Origin: a bacterium
GTDB taxonomy: Bacteria; Zhuqueibacterota; Zhuqueibacteria; Residuimicrobiales; Krinioviventaceae
DNA length: 64,000 nucleotides
Reading direction: 5' to 3'
Assembly: GCA_963675755.2 (NCBI GenBank)
Contig: CAXXMD010000003.1
Coordinates: 2,784,001-2,848,000 of the forward strand
The notes under the pieces are model-generated. The model had not been told where the DNA came from and searched no databases. It saw nothing but the letters and a program-made list of their open reading frames with translations. This document shows, piece by piece, positions 9,817 through 19,196 of the stretch (its first letter is position 1; each line of letters begins with the position of its first letter). A program made the translations under genes and the position numbers.

Positions 9817-11108
9817 TTTATCAGCACCATCTTTTTCATTTCTGTACCATAATCTGTTATCAACTGATAAAAGTAAACATCACTGCTGACGGGTGCATTG
9901 CTGTCATCCGTACCGTCCCAGGTTATTTGATGATATCCTGCCCCCATATTTCTATCAATCAGGGTTTTAACCAGCATGCCGCGTGTATTGTAAACAAGCA
10001 GGCGGGCATGTTGAGCTTTTAAAAGTTCGAATGATATTGATGTATTGCTGTTAAACGGATTCGGATAATTGTTGTTCAGAACCATGGTTGCGACTGGTTT
10101 TGACTCATCCTCAATAGTTGATGTCGTTCCATCCAGATTCATCTTTTCAATAAAAGGAACTGCCTTGTCATCACTGTCCAGACCACCAAAAACATATATA
10201 GTATTATTAAAATTGACGGCCATACATTCTTTGCGGGCATAGTTTAAAACAGAGCTTTTTTCTGACGCGTAACCAAATTGGGTAAGTGAGTAAACTTCTA
10301 CAGTGTCCATAGCAGCCAATGTCTCGTTAAAACCGCCAACCAAATAGATGCTTTGATCGGCCCCGGTTACTGCTGCGCCTCCTGCTCTGGCATCTGCCAT
10401 ATCCGGATAGATACGTTCATAACTTTCATCAACCAGATTGAATTTGTACACTCTTTTCGTAGGTACGAAAAAAACGCCGCCCAAAATAAACATATCCTGA
10501 TCAATTAATGCAACCATTTGATGATAAGGGATCTGTGTGTCAAAACTGCTATAAGCAAAAGCAAGAGGCGTTGAGGTTATACCTGCCAGATTGTATTTAA
10601 CCATATAGGGCATGGGGTTTTCTGTGTCAACTGCTCCGGAATATCCACCCAGGATGTATAATATATCTCCATAAACGGTGCCCGCTGAATTCACTCTGTT
10701 TGTAGAATCAGTAAAGCTGAGCAAGGATGAACTATAGTCAGAATATCGGATTTGTTCAAAGTTTTCGATTTTTGCCGTGTCTCCTGCAGTGCCGCCAAAT
10801 GCAATAATATCATTATGATAGGTGCTTGCAACAAAGCCGGAACGTGGGTATTGCATGTGACCTGTAATTGTCCATGTTTCATCAACAGGATTGTAAACCT
10901 GGATTGTATCAGTAGGGAGTCCGGTAGATGCCGAGTTGCCGCCCATGATAACTATTTTAGAATCCACTACCAGAGCCTGGCCGTTGTAAACCGGAAAAGG
11001 CATTTCGCCTTCAACTATCCAGCCGCTTGTTTTAGGAATTGCCGGTTGTATCGATACAACCAGTAAAAGCAGCAAGAGCATTAATTTTATTTTTGTATAT
11101 CGTTTCAT
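9813..11108 (-). CDS. Secreted Kelch-repeat beta-propeller with a T9SS/FlgD CTD
   Basis: Six 'hhhhGG' Kelch blades (IVIMGG, IIAFGG, LYILGG, MFILGG, IYLVGG, IYVFGG); NYPNPFN CTD. Confidence 0.9.
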   Translation of the reverse strand: MKRYTKIKLMLLLLLLVVSIQPAIPKTSGWIVEGEMPFPVYNGQALVVDSKIVIMGGNSASTGLPTDTIQVYNPVDETWTITGHMQYPRSGFVASTYHNDIIAFGGTAGDTAKIENFEQIRYSDYSSSLLSFTDSTNRVNSAGTVYGDILYILGGYSGAVDTENPMPYMVKYNLAGITSTPLAFAYSSFDTQIPYHQMVALIDQDMFILGGVFFVPTKRVYKFNLVDESYERIYPDMADARAGGAAVTGADQSIYLVGGFNETLAAMDTVEVYSLTQFGYASEKSSVLNYARKECMAVNFNNTIYVFGGLDSDDKAVPFIEKMNLDGTTSTIEDESKPVATMVLNNNYPNPFNSNTSISFELLKAQHARLLVYNTRGMLVKTLIDRNMGAGYHQITWDGTDDSNAPVSSDVYFYQLITDYGTEMKKMVLIK

Positions 11109-11161
11109 AACACCATTCACTTTTATATCAACTCGTACAAAAACTGTACCGCAATTGTGTA

Positions 11162-12748
11162 TTAATTTCCGGTTACGAGATGTTCAAAATTGAGTTGATA
11201 GATCAAGGTTTCCTTTTTTGCAATGTGAATAATTTCCTGTACAGATTGGTAATTGTTGTTTTTTACTACGAGTGTATGTGAACCGGGTGCAAGACGTGCA
11301 TAATCCTGCAGCGGGGTTTGTCCAATAAATTTATCATTAATGTAAATATCACCCCAGGGATATAGCTTGCATTGAAAATATCCGCAAAGGGTGTCAAGAT
11401 CAATGGCGATTGTTCTTTTAATTTGGGGCTCTATGTCTATGATCTGTTCATAATCCGGGTATTCCGGGTGTTTGAGTGCAAGTGTATGCTTGCCCGGTAA
11501 AATAGCTATATCATTCTCGAGGGGGGTGGTATCAATATATTTAGAGTCTATCCAAACCTGTGCCCAGGGACTGCATTGAATTTCAATACTGCCGGGGAGG
11601 TTTGATATTTCAGATTGCGTATTTGTCGCTGCTATATCTTCCGGTTTCTCGTTCGTCAAGGTTTGTGGTGGTGTATCTGTGGGTTGTATTGTCAAAGTGT
11701 TAGACGCTGTCGTCAGAGAATCCTGATTCAACTCTACACTATCCGGATTAGTGGCGGTTGGTGGAGTTGTCTGGTTTTGTGCCAACTCGTTAGTGCTATC
11801 GGAACGATTACTTTTCTGCTGCCATAAAAATATAAAAGAGGATACGGATACAAGGATTAATATAATAATAACAAGCCGATAACTGTTACTTATTTTAGGG
11901 GAGAGCGGTGCAGCGACCGGTACGGCTTTGACCGGTTCATGGTCCATAGCTTGCAGGACCTCTTGCGCGGAACCCGGTCTGTTTGCGGCAGCTTTGTTTA
12001 ATAGCCGGATCACATTATGGCGAAAATCGTCTGAAATATCTGCAACGGGACCCAGTTCAGGGGTGCAGGAATTGCTGATAATGTTGTTCAGTGTCTTTCC
12101 GGCATCCTGTCCCAGAAATGGATTCTTGCCGGTAATGAGCTCGTAACCGAGTATGCCGAGTGAAAACAGGTCTGTAGATGGAGTAAGCGATTCACCGCGT
12201 ATCTGCTCCGGTGACATGTAACCCGGTGTACCTACAATGGATTCCTGCTGGGTAGCGTGGGGTTCGTCTTTGACTAATGCCAGACCAAAATCTGCGATTT
12301 TGACTTGACCGATATCATCTACCAGTACATTTTCCGGTTTAATATCCCGATGGATTATATTCAACCGGTGCGCGGCATCCAGACCGCGGAGAATGCCGAT
12401 GAAAATGTTTTCCTTGTCCTGCGGTGTTAAATCTCCCTTGCGCAAAACCTTGCGAAGGTCCTGGCTGGGGAAATATTCAAAAGAGATGTAGAACCAGTTT
12501 TGATAGGTTCCAAAATCAAAAACACGGATGATATTGGGATGTTCAAGCCGGGCAAGCAGGCGTGCCTCGCGACGAAATCGGTCCAGAATTGCCGGATTTG
12601 CCAGATTTTCCTGATTCAGGGTTTTTAGAAATATCTTTTTACCCAGATAAATATGGTCTGCTATATAGATTCCGGTATTGCTGTCTTTTTTGACGCAGGA
12701 TAATACCTGAAATTTTTCAAACAATATGTCATTCTGTTGATCTGGCAT
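11162..12748 (-). CDS. Membrane-anchored Hanks-type Ser/Thr kinase with C-terminal PEGA-like domains
   Basis: HRDIKPEN, DFG, GTPGYMSPE; single TM helix; two 'PW(A/G)xV/IxIxxKxIxxTP' PEGA-like repeats. Confidence 0.92.
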   Translation of the reverse strand: MPDQQNDILFEKFQVLSCVKKDSNTGIYIADHIYLGKKIFLKTLNQENLANPAILDRFRREARLLARLEHPNIIRVFDFGTYQNWFYISFEYFPSQDLRKVLRKGDLTPQDKENIFIGILRGLDAAHRLNIIHRDIKPENVLVDDIGQVKIADFGLALVKDEPHATQQESIVGTPGYMSPEQIRGESLTPSTDLFSLGILGYELITGKNPFLGQDAGKTLNNIISNSCTPELGPVADISDDFRHNVIRLLNKAAANRPGSAQEVLQAMDHEPVKAVPVAAPLSPKISNSYRLVIIILILVSVSSFIFLWQQKSNRSDSTNELAQNQTTPPTATNPDSVELNQDSLTTASNTLTIQPTDTPPQTLTNEKPEDIAATNTQSEISNLPGSIEIQCSPWAQVWIDSKYIDTTPLENDIAILPGKHTLALKHPEYPDYEQIIDIEPQIKRTIAIDLDTLCGYFQCKLYPWGDIYINDKFIGQTPLQDYARLAPGSHTLVVKNNNYQSVQEIIHIAKKETLIYQLNFEHLVTGN

Positions 12749-12761
12749 GTGGTGATTCGTA

Positions 12762-14267
12762 TTATAGGTCCTGCTGTTCTTCTATTTCTTTTAATTTCAT
12801 TTGTACCCAGCGTACGGATACACCCAGCGATTTGGCGGTTTGCGTGCGGTTGTCGTCATATTCTTGCAAGCGTTTAAGCAGCAAAAGCTTTTCAAAATCT
12901 TTGATGCTGCCTGAAAAATCGGTGAGTTGGTTATCATCTTCAAAAATGATATGGTCTGGCTGCAGTTCGGAACCGTCACACATGATGAGCGCGCGCTGTA
13001 ATATGTTCTCAAGCTGGCGAACATTACCCGGCCAGTTGTAGCTTTCAAGCTTTTGCAGTGCTTTGGCAGAGATTTTGACCTTTTTGTCCGTATGTTTACT
13101 GATCAGATGCGATGCCAATAACGCAATGTCTGTTCTTCGCTCTCGTAAAGGAGGTAACACGATTGGAAATACATTGAGCCGGTAAAACAGATCTTGTCTG
13201 AATTTGCCCTGTGATACCAGCTGTTTGAGATCGCGGTTGGTTGCGGCAATAATACGTACATCCACTTTTTTAACCTGGGTGTCGCCCACGCGAATGATCT
13301 CCTGGTTCTGAATGACTCGCAGCAGCTTGGCCTGGGTAGACATGGAGATGTCTCCAATCTCGTCCAGAAAGAAAGTGCCGCCGGTTGCTACTTCAAACAA
13401 TCCTTTTTTATCGGTAGTAGCACCAGAGAATGCGCCTTTTTTGTATCCAAATAATTCGCTTTCAAGCAGGGTGTCTGGTATAGAGCCACAGAACTGTGCA
13501 ATATAGGGTTTGTTTTTGCGTTTACTGAGTGTATGGATTGCACGTGCTGCCAGATCTTTACCGGTACCGCTTTCGCCCAATAACAATACGGTTGCATCAG
13601 TAGCTGCAACACGATGGATGAGGTTGGCGGATTTTTGGATCTCTTTACTTTTCCCAATCATATTGGGGATCTCGGTAAAGGCTTCTACCTGTTTTTTGAG
13701 CAGCCGGTTTTCATCGCTCAGGTTTTCCAGCTTTTCAAGTTTTTCAAGTGAAAGGGATACCAGGTTGGCAAGAAATTCCAGAAACTGTAAATTTTCTTCG
13801 GTAAAGTTTTTGCGGTCTGCCTGACTGTCTGCAACGATTACACCCCATAACGAGGTTCCGATCATGATGGGCACACCAATAACAGACTGTATTTTATGAA
13901 TTTGTATGCTTTCAAACTGGGATATGCTGGGATTGCTTTGCACATCGTGATATAAACAGGATTTCTTGCTGTCTAGTACCTTGTTTAATATACCGGAAGA
14001 GAATTCCGAAAGATCATGGATATCCTGCTGGGCGATGTTGCGTGCGGCAATACACAGAAAGGATTCCGATTGATGTTCATATTGCGCTATCAGTGCGCGC
14101 TCTGCATTCATAACTTTGACAACCAGATCCAGCAGATCAGAAGTAAGGTTTTCCTGCACTTCGGAGCCGTTCAATAACTGACTGATTTGATACAGCGCGT
14201 CAAACTGGTCTTTGTGTATTTGTCCTAATTTTCCAAGATCGGGTTGTGTGTTTAATGTATTTGTCAT
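12762..14267 (-). CDS. GAF-domain sigma54 enhancer-binding protein (Fis HTH)
   Basis: GAF; Walker A GESGTGKD; GAFSGA; FLDEIG; WPGNVRQL; C-terminal HTH. ATG at 14267 in a TAATG overlap with the upstream gene. Confidence 0.93.
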   Translation of the reverse strand: MTNTLNTQPDLGKLGQIHKDQFDALYQISQLLNGSEVQENLTSDLLDLVVKVMNAERALIAQYEHQSESFLCIAARNIAQQDIHDLSEFSSGILNKVLDSKKSCLYHDVQSNPSISQFESIQIHKIQSVIGVPIMIGTSLWGVIVADSQADRKNFTEENLQFLEFLANLVSLSLEKLEKLENLSDENRLLKKQVEAFTEIPNMIGKSKEIQKSANLIHRVAATDATVLLLGESGTGKDLAARAIHTLSKRKNKPYIAQFCGSIPDTLLESELFGYKKGAFSGATTDKKGLFEVATGGTFFLDEIGDISMSTQAKLLRVIQNQEIIRVGDTQVKKVDVRIIAATNRDLKQLVSQGKFRQDLFYRLNVFPIVLPPLRERRTDIALLASHLISKHTDKKVKISAKALQKLESYNWPGNVRQLENILQRALIMCDGSELQPDHIIFEDDNQLTDFSGSIKDFEKLLLLKRLQEYDDNRTQTAKSLGVSVRWVQMKLKEIEEQQDL

Positions 14268-15253
14268 TAGTGTACCACCGTAAAAGATGCGGGTTTTGAA
14301 CGGGACTGGTTTTGAAACGGATCTATACACCAGATCCACCAATAATAATCACCTTCTGGTAATGCAACATCGACCTGTGCAGACGTATTGTCTGAAGAAA
14401 TGTTGTTTTTTGACCAGACAAGGGTTCTCTCGTAATCGTATTTATAAACTTCAATATTGAGATGATAATCAAAGCCGGGCTCAAAAAGCTCCCATTCAAG
14501 AAGTGGATTTTTGCCCACTTCTTTATTGGCGGTGGGATTGGTTAACGTGATCTGGTCCAGAATGGTGCGAATGGCCCTGCCATTACCCAAATGTATAGTA
14601 TGGTTGTATCTGTCTTTGACATAAACGCCAAAGGTATAGCCAACGATCTGACGTATAGAGCCTACGTTTAAATCTGACGCTATAAATTCGTCTTCGAACA
14701 AGCGTATAGAGTGATCGTATGTTAATTGTCTTTTTAGCCCCCAATAGTCATTTTGGATATAGATGGAATCAATATCATTGTCCTGGTCTGTTATTCCAAC
14801 GGAAACGATTAAAGACATATCCTGAATTGCGGGGAACGAGTTGACTACCTTTGTGTAAAAAATAAGGCTGTCTGTTTGTGGAAAAGCGTTCAGATTCACA
14901 TCAATGTCATAGCGGCTGTCCGCGGACCAGGATACACTCACGGTATCCGGCATATAGCCGTCTTTGGTGAAAACCAGGTTGCCCTGGCGGGGCAATATGT
15001 TGCGAATGTTGAATTTTCCAAACTTGTTGGTTTTGACCAGTACATTGTCAGTTGCCCAGTAAACACTTGCATTGTCAAGGGGAGCGGGTGGAACGCTCAG
15101 GGTTTTGACAGTACCTGTGATCTCACCCAGGTCATTGTCCGGATTTTCGGGATCAAAGGGATTTTCGCGCGGAGCATTGCACTGTATGAATAGCAAACAT
15201 ACCAGGATTGCAATCCGTTTGAATGAGAATTTTTTTGAGATCAATGCTGTCAT
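14267..15253 (-). CDS. Lipoprotein with carboxypeptidase-regulatory-like and Fn3-like domains
   Basis: Lipobox LFIQ-C followed by NAPRENPFDP; 'GEITGTV...GKFNI...FTKDGY'. Confidence 0.75.
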   Translation of the reverse strand: MTALISKKFSFKRIAILVCLLFIQCNAPRENPFDPENPDNDLGEITGTVKTLSVPPAPLDNASVYWATDNVLVKTNKFGKFNIRNILPRQGNLVFTKDGYMPDTVSVSWSADSRYDIDVNLNAFPQTDSLIFYTKVVNSFPAIQDMSLIVSVGITDQDNDIDSIYIQNDYWGLKRQLTYDHSIRLFEDEFIASDLNVGSIRQIVGYTFGVYVKDRYNHTIHLGNGRAIRTILDQITLTNPTANKEVGKNPLLEWELFEPGFDYHLNIEVYKYDYERTLVWSKNNISSDNTSAQVDVALPEGDYYWWIWCIDPFQNQSRSKPASFTVVH

Positions 15254-15544
15254 ATTTATCGTTCGATTGTTGGGAATGTCCCAAGATACTGAAAAAAGTA
15301 AATTTCTCCTAATGAAATAAAGCCACCCTCCGGTTCAAATTAAAAAAAAATACGGGAAAAGTAAAGGATTTTGAAGAGAAAAAGAATGAAATATGAGGTT
15401 AAAATTTTTTAAATTTAAGCATATGGATTTTATAAATTATTAACAAACAGGGGAACCTGTGGTCAACGTTGTACGTTAATATTTTGACCAAACACCATGG
15501 GATATTTTAACAATCCATATTACCTGCATAACAGAGGGGAATTT

Positions 15545-16159
15545 ATGAAAAAGCAGTATGGCTTTTATGTGATTATTGTGCTGATTTTATTTTGCGGTCA
15601 TGCGAGATCAATGGAATTGGGAGTGATAGGCGGGCCCAACGTAGAACGTACAGCCTCTGAAAAATTTACGCCGGAATTTAATTCATATCCAATAAATTAT
15701 GCAGCCGGATTTTATGGAGAATGGCCGTTTTATAAGCGTTTGACTATTTATTCCGAGCTGGCCTATGCTGAATATGCATCAAATTATGAATACGTCTGTT
15801 CCTGTGAATGGCCTGTCGAGTCCACAAGGAGGATACGGTTTTTATCTGTACCATTGATATTCAAGTTTACGGATGATAACGGTGTATATTTTAATTTTGG
15901 TTTATCGTTACATTATAATTTTGAGAAAAAACGTAATACTACCGTAGGTTTGCATTCATACGTTTTTACGGTTTACAATGAAATGGATACTTTACTCAAT
16001 CTCGGTCTGGGGAAACAGTTTTATGACAAGCGGTTACCAGTCCGTTTTGAATTGCGTGCTTCCCGCGGCAGTATGGGACTGTTTGAGACCCGCGGAGACG
16101 ATTGGGACTACTGGCAATACCAGATTCTTTTTGGTGTTGCGTTGTGGGAGCGTGATTGA
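15545..16159 (+). CDS. Outer-membrane beta-barrel protein (PorT/OMP_b-brl_2-like)
   Basis: Signal peptide; 'GVIGGPN', 'FLSVPLIFKF'; alternating beta strands; ATG at 15545 with GAGGGG RBS. Confidence 0.7.
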   Translation: MKKQYGFYVIIVLILFCGHARSMELGVIGGPNVERTASEKFTPEFNSYPINYAAGFYGEWPFYKRLTIYSELAYAEYASNYEYVCSCEWPVESTRRIRFLSVPLIFKFTDDNGVYFNFGLSLHYNFEKKRNTTVGLHSYVFTVYNEMDTLLNLGLGKQFYDKRLPVRFELRASRGSMGLFETRGDDWDYWQYQILFGVALWERD

Positions 16160-16557
16160 TTGTACAAATTGGGTCTATTGGTTCTGTTAAAGGATTATTA
16201 TCGGACCAATAAAAGGAGTACAGTCCGTTTATGGACTGTGTGTCCACCGTCAGGTAGGCAATTTTTGGGTGTTAGCATATGGGGCTAAAATCGACATGGC
16301 TTTTGTTTTACATCAAATGTATGATTGTAAGCATGTTTATAGTCAGCGTTTAAAATATCAATGTCCGAGACAGGCGTTTCGTGCTGAGTAAAGATTCATT
16401 AAATATTGAACTTGTTCCCCAATAATCTTTTGGTAAAATCAAACCAACACGGGAATTGATATTATTATTTGTAAATTGATTGGATTTTTTTAAATTGACA
16501 TGGGTGGTCATTGAGGAATTATACCGCAAATAATATATAAATTGAGGAACCCTGTAG

Positions 16558-17250
16558 ATGAAATTCAAGCTATTGGTATGCATTTGTGTTTTGTTGGCTG
16601 GTCAGATTGGCGCATCTCCCTTTTCCAATATGTATATTTATTTGGGGCAGAATCTGTCTTCATTTCAGGATGAGGCAAGCAAGAGTTCGTTTAGCAGTTG
16701 TATTGGTGTTGGCTATAATTTAAAGACGTTCCAACGGACAAGCCTTGCAGTTGAATTGTTTTTAACGAATAAGGACGCAAAATTAAAAAATAAACATATT
16801 CAGGGAGCATTTGAATCCACCCGATATAACACTGTGTATGATATAAATTGCTCTGTGGGCTCGATTGATATACCTATCATCTTGAAATATAATATACCTT
16901 TTACAAAACAGTTACATTTTAATGTTTTGTCTGGCCTCCAATACAGTCAAAATATTACGGATGGGGCTGATATGAGTATGCCATATTCAGTTGGGATACG
17001 AGATGAAAATGAGCCTCATGTATATGATTACACGCTTTATCCTGATCGGGACAAGTATTATATTTTTGAAAATAGAGGATTTGGATTGCTTCTTGGCTTT
17101 TCAATGGATGTATTGGTTTTGACGTTCCAGGCCCGTTATGTGCATTCATTAAATTATACGTTCCATACTGTTAATTATATAGAGATCAATGAAAAAATGA
17201 ACACGCTTTATTTGACTGTGGGTATCGATTTGGGGAAAATGAAATTTTAA
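16558..17250 (+). CDS. Outer-membrane beta-barrel protein (PorT/OMP_b-brl_2-like)
   Basis: Signal peptide; 'GQNLSSF', 'IDIPIILKY'; C-terminal strand. Confidence 0.7.
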   Translation: MKFKLLVCICVLLAGQIGASPFSNMYIYLGQNLSSFQDEASKSSFSSCIGVGYNLKTFQRTSLAVELFLTNKDAKLKNKHIQGAFESTRYNTVYDINCSVGSIDIPIILKYNIPFTKQLHFNVLSGLQYSQNITDGADMSMPYSVGIRDENEPHVYDYTLYPDRDKYYIFENRGFGLLLGFSMDVLVLTFQARYVHSLNYTFHTVNYIEINEKMNTLYLTVGIDLGKMKF

Positions 17251-17317
17251 ATCACGCAATTTTTTATCGGCTTACGAAAGAGCTTGAAAAATGCTTTATC
17301 GTGTAATGATGATTCCG

Positions 17318-17368
17318 CGGGACGGATGTCCCGTACATATATTCCGAGATGCAGTAATCCGCATCTCG
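17318..17368. terminator. Two short hairpins between convergent genes
   Basis: CGGGAC/GTCCCG and CGAGATGC/GCATCTCG inverted repeats. Confidence 0.4.
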
Positions 17369-17393
17369 ATCAATTTATATTGGGGAAAAGTGG

Positions 17394-17951
17394 TTATTTG
17401 ATGAGTTTTGAAATCTGTTTAAACTCGTCCGTGCCCGAGGTATAGAGCAGTTCAAACAATGCCATTTCGGTGGTGGTTACCGTTATTTTTTGCTGGCGCA
17501 TACGGTCGAGGGCCGTGTCATGATCTAGGGGTTTGCGCGAGGTTACCGCGTCTGCGCAAACGGCCACCTGCATTCCAAAATATTTTAATTCCAGTGCGGA
17601 CTGCATAACACAGACGTGTGTTTCTATACCGGCAATAACGATCTGGTGAATACCCTGACTCTCTATGTCACGAACCAGGTCATGTTGTCCACAAACGGAA
17701 AACGTGCTTTTTTCATAGGCTTTCCGTTCACCCATCAGTTTGAGCAGGGCGGGTTCCATGGGTCCCAATCCTTTCGGATATTGTTCGGTAAAAAATACAG
17801 GCAGGTTGAGAATGTCAAAGCCTTGTATCAACAGGGAGGTACGGTCAATTACAGCCTGACGCTGCTGCATGACCTGTGCAATGCGCTCCTGAATATCAAT
17901 GACCAACAGGGCGCTTTGCTTACGGTCTTGTAAATTGGGGTGCCGGGTCAT
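17394..17951 (-). CDS. Isochorismatase-family (YcaC-related) cysteine hydrolase
   Basis: 'LLVIDIQE', 'TEQYPKGLG', 'GIETHVCV'. Confidence 0.9.
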   Translation of the reverse strand: MTRHPNLQDRKQSALLVIDIQERIAQVMQQRQAVIDRTSLLIQGFDILNLPVFFTEQYPKGLGPMEPALLKLMGERKAYEKSTFSVCGQHDLVRDIESQGIHQIVIAGIETHVCVMQSALELKYFGMQVAVCADAVTSRKPLDHDTALDRMRQQKITVTTTEMALFELLYTSGTDEFKQISKLIK

Positions 17952-17968
17952 TTCGTCGAATCCCCATT

Positions 17969-18442
17969 TCAAAATTCAATATCCACAACTTTGTATTCAA
18001 TTTTACCGGCGGGTATTTTGATTTCCACTACATCGCCAACCTCTTTACCGATGAGTGCTTTGCCTACCGGAGAATCTACGGAAATGGCATCCAGATCAGA
18101 GCTGTTAAACTCGGCGGTGGGAACAAGCTGGTAAACGATCTCTTCATCGGTACCGGCTTCAATCAGTTTGACCGTACAGCCTACAAGAACGCGGCTGTTG
18201 CTCATCATTTCTTCGGTTAAAACCCGCGCGCGGGATAATGTTTCTTCAAGACGAGCAATTTTACCTTCAATCAGGGCCTGTTTTTCTTTGGCGGCCGCGT
18301 ATTCGGCATTTTCTTTTAAATCTCCATGATCACGTGCGTCAGAAATTGCCTGAATGACCTCTTTGCGGTCAACACGTTTCATTTGGTCAAGCTCGGCTTT
18401 CAATTTATCAAATTGTTCCTGAGATAAATACATAGCCTTCAT
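17969..18442 (-). CDS. greA: Transcription elongation factor GreA
   Basis: 'GDLKENAEY', 'ISVDSPVGKALIG'. Confidence 0.97.
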   Translation of the reverse strand: MKAMYLSQEQFDKLKAELDQMKRVDRKEVIQAISDARDHGDLKENAEYAAAKEKQALIEGKIARLEETLSRARVLTEEMMSNSRVLVGCTVKLIEAGTDEEIVYQLVPTAEFNSSDLDAISVDSPVGKALIGKEVGDVVEIKIPAGKIEYKVVDIEF

Positions 18443-18504
18443 ATCAGATTCCTTTTTTGTTTACACCCAGTTTTCTATTATTAAAAATTCAATTTCGAAA
18501 ATAT

Positions 18505-18550
18505 AAAAAAACAAACCGGGTCACAAGAATTCTTGTAAACCCGGTTTGTC
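18505..18550 (-). terminator. Intrinsic terminator/attenuator in the greA 5' leader
   Basis: ACAAACCGGG...CCCGGTTTGT stem followed by a U-run on the minus strand, between the promoter and greA. Confidence 0.65.
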
Positions 18551-18556
18551 TTGTAT

Positions 18557-18585
18557 AAACTACAAAAAACAGAGCATCTTGTCAA
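18557..18585 (-). promoter_or_regulatory. sigma70 promoter of greA
   Basis: TTGACA-17-TAGTTT. Confidence 0.6.
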
Positions 18586-18674
18586 GGAAAATCGACCAAG
18601 TTCATAATTTTTATGAATTTCCTTGTTTATTTTTACTAAAGTCTTATATTGTGCAAAAAACAGGAGTCTAATGA

Positions 18675-19196
18675 ATGAAAGATATTATCGTCATTACAAC
18701 CGGCGGTACTATAGAAAAAACCTATGATGAGGAAACCGGTATTTTAATGAACCGGCATTCGCAATTGCGTTCCATGATGAAAAAGATCCGGCTGCCCTAT
18801 ACCCGTATCACTCAGCAGGAATTGTTGTGCAAAGATTCGCTGGAAATGACAGACAAGGATCGGCAGGCCATATTAAAATCTGTTGAATCTTATCTGTTCC
18901 AGGACAGGCCCATTGTGATCTTGCACGGTACGGATACCATGGCGGTAACTGCGCAGTATATTTACGACAATATCCGTGAGCTGCATGTGCCGGTGGTGTT
19001 TACCGGTGCCATGCGTCCATTTGGATTCGAGAATTCCGATGCAATCCAGAATTTTACCGAAGCGCTCATGGCATGCTCGCTTTTAAAACCGGGTGTGTAT
19101 ATATCCATGCATAATGAAATCCATACACTGCCGGGTGTAAGAAAGAACCGGGAGAAACGGACATTCGAAAGTTTTGATATAGAAGGAGATGAATAA
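18675..19196 (+). CDS. Short (N-domain-only) L-asparaginase
   Basis: Catalytic motifs TGGTI and HGTDT; 'FTGAM'; 173 aa. Confidence 0.85.
   Translation: MKDIIVITTGGTIEKTYDEETGILMNRHSQLRSMMKKIRLPYTRITQQELLCKDSLEMTDKDRQAILKSVESYLFQDRPIVILHGTDTMAVTAQYIYDNIRELHVPVVFTGAMRPFGFENSDAIQNFTEALMACSLLKPGVYISMHNEIHTLPGVRKNREKRTFESFDIEGDE

Noticed and set aside
17318-17368. REP/RAYT-type repeat element
   Set aside because: No second copy and no RAYT transposase seen; position between convergent genes explains it as terminator-like
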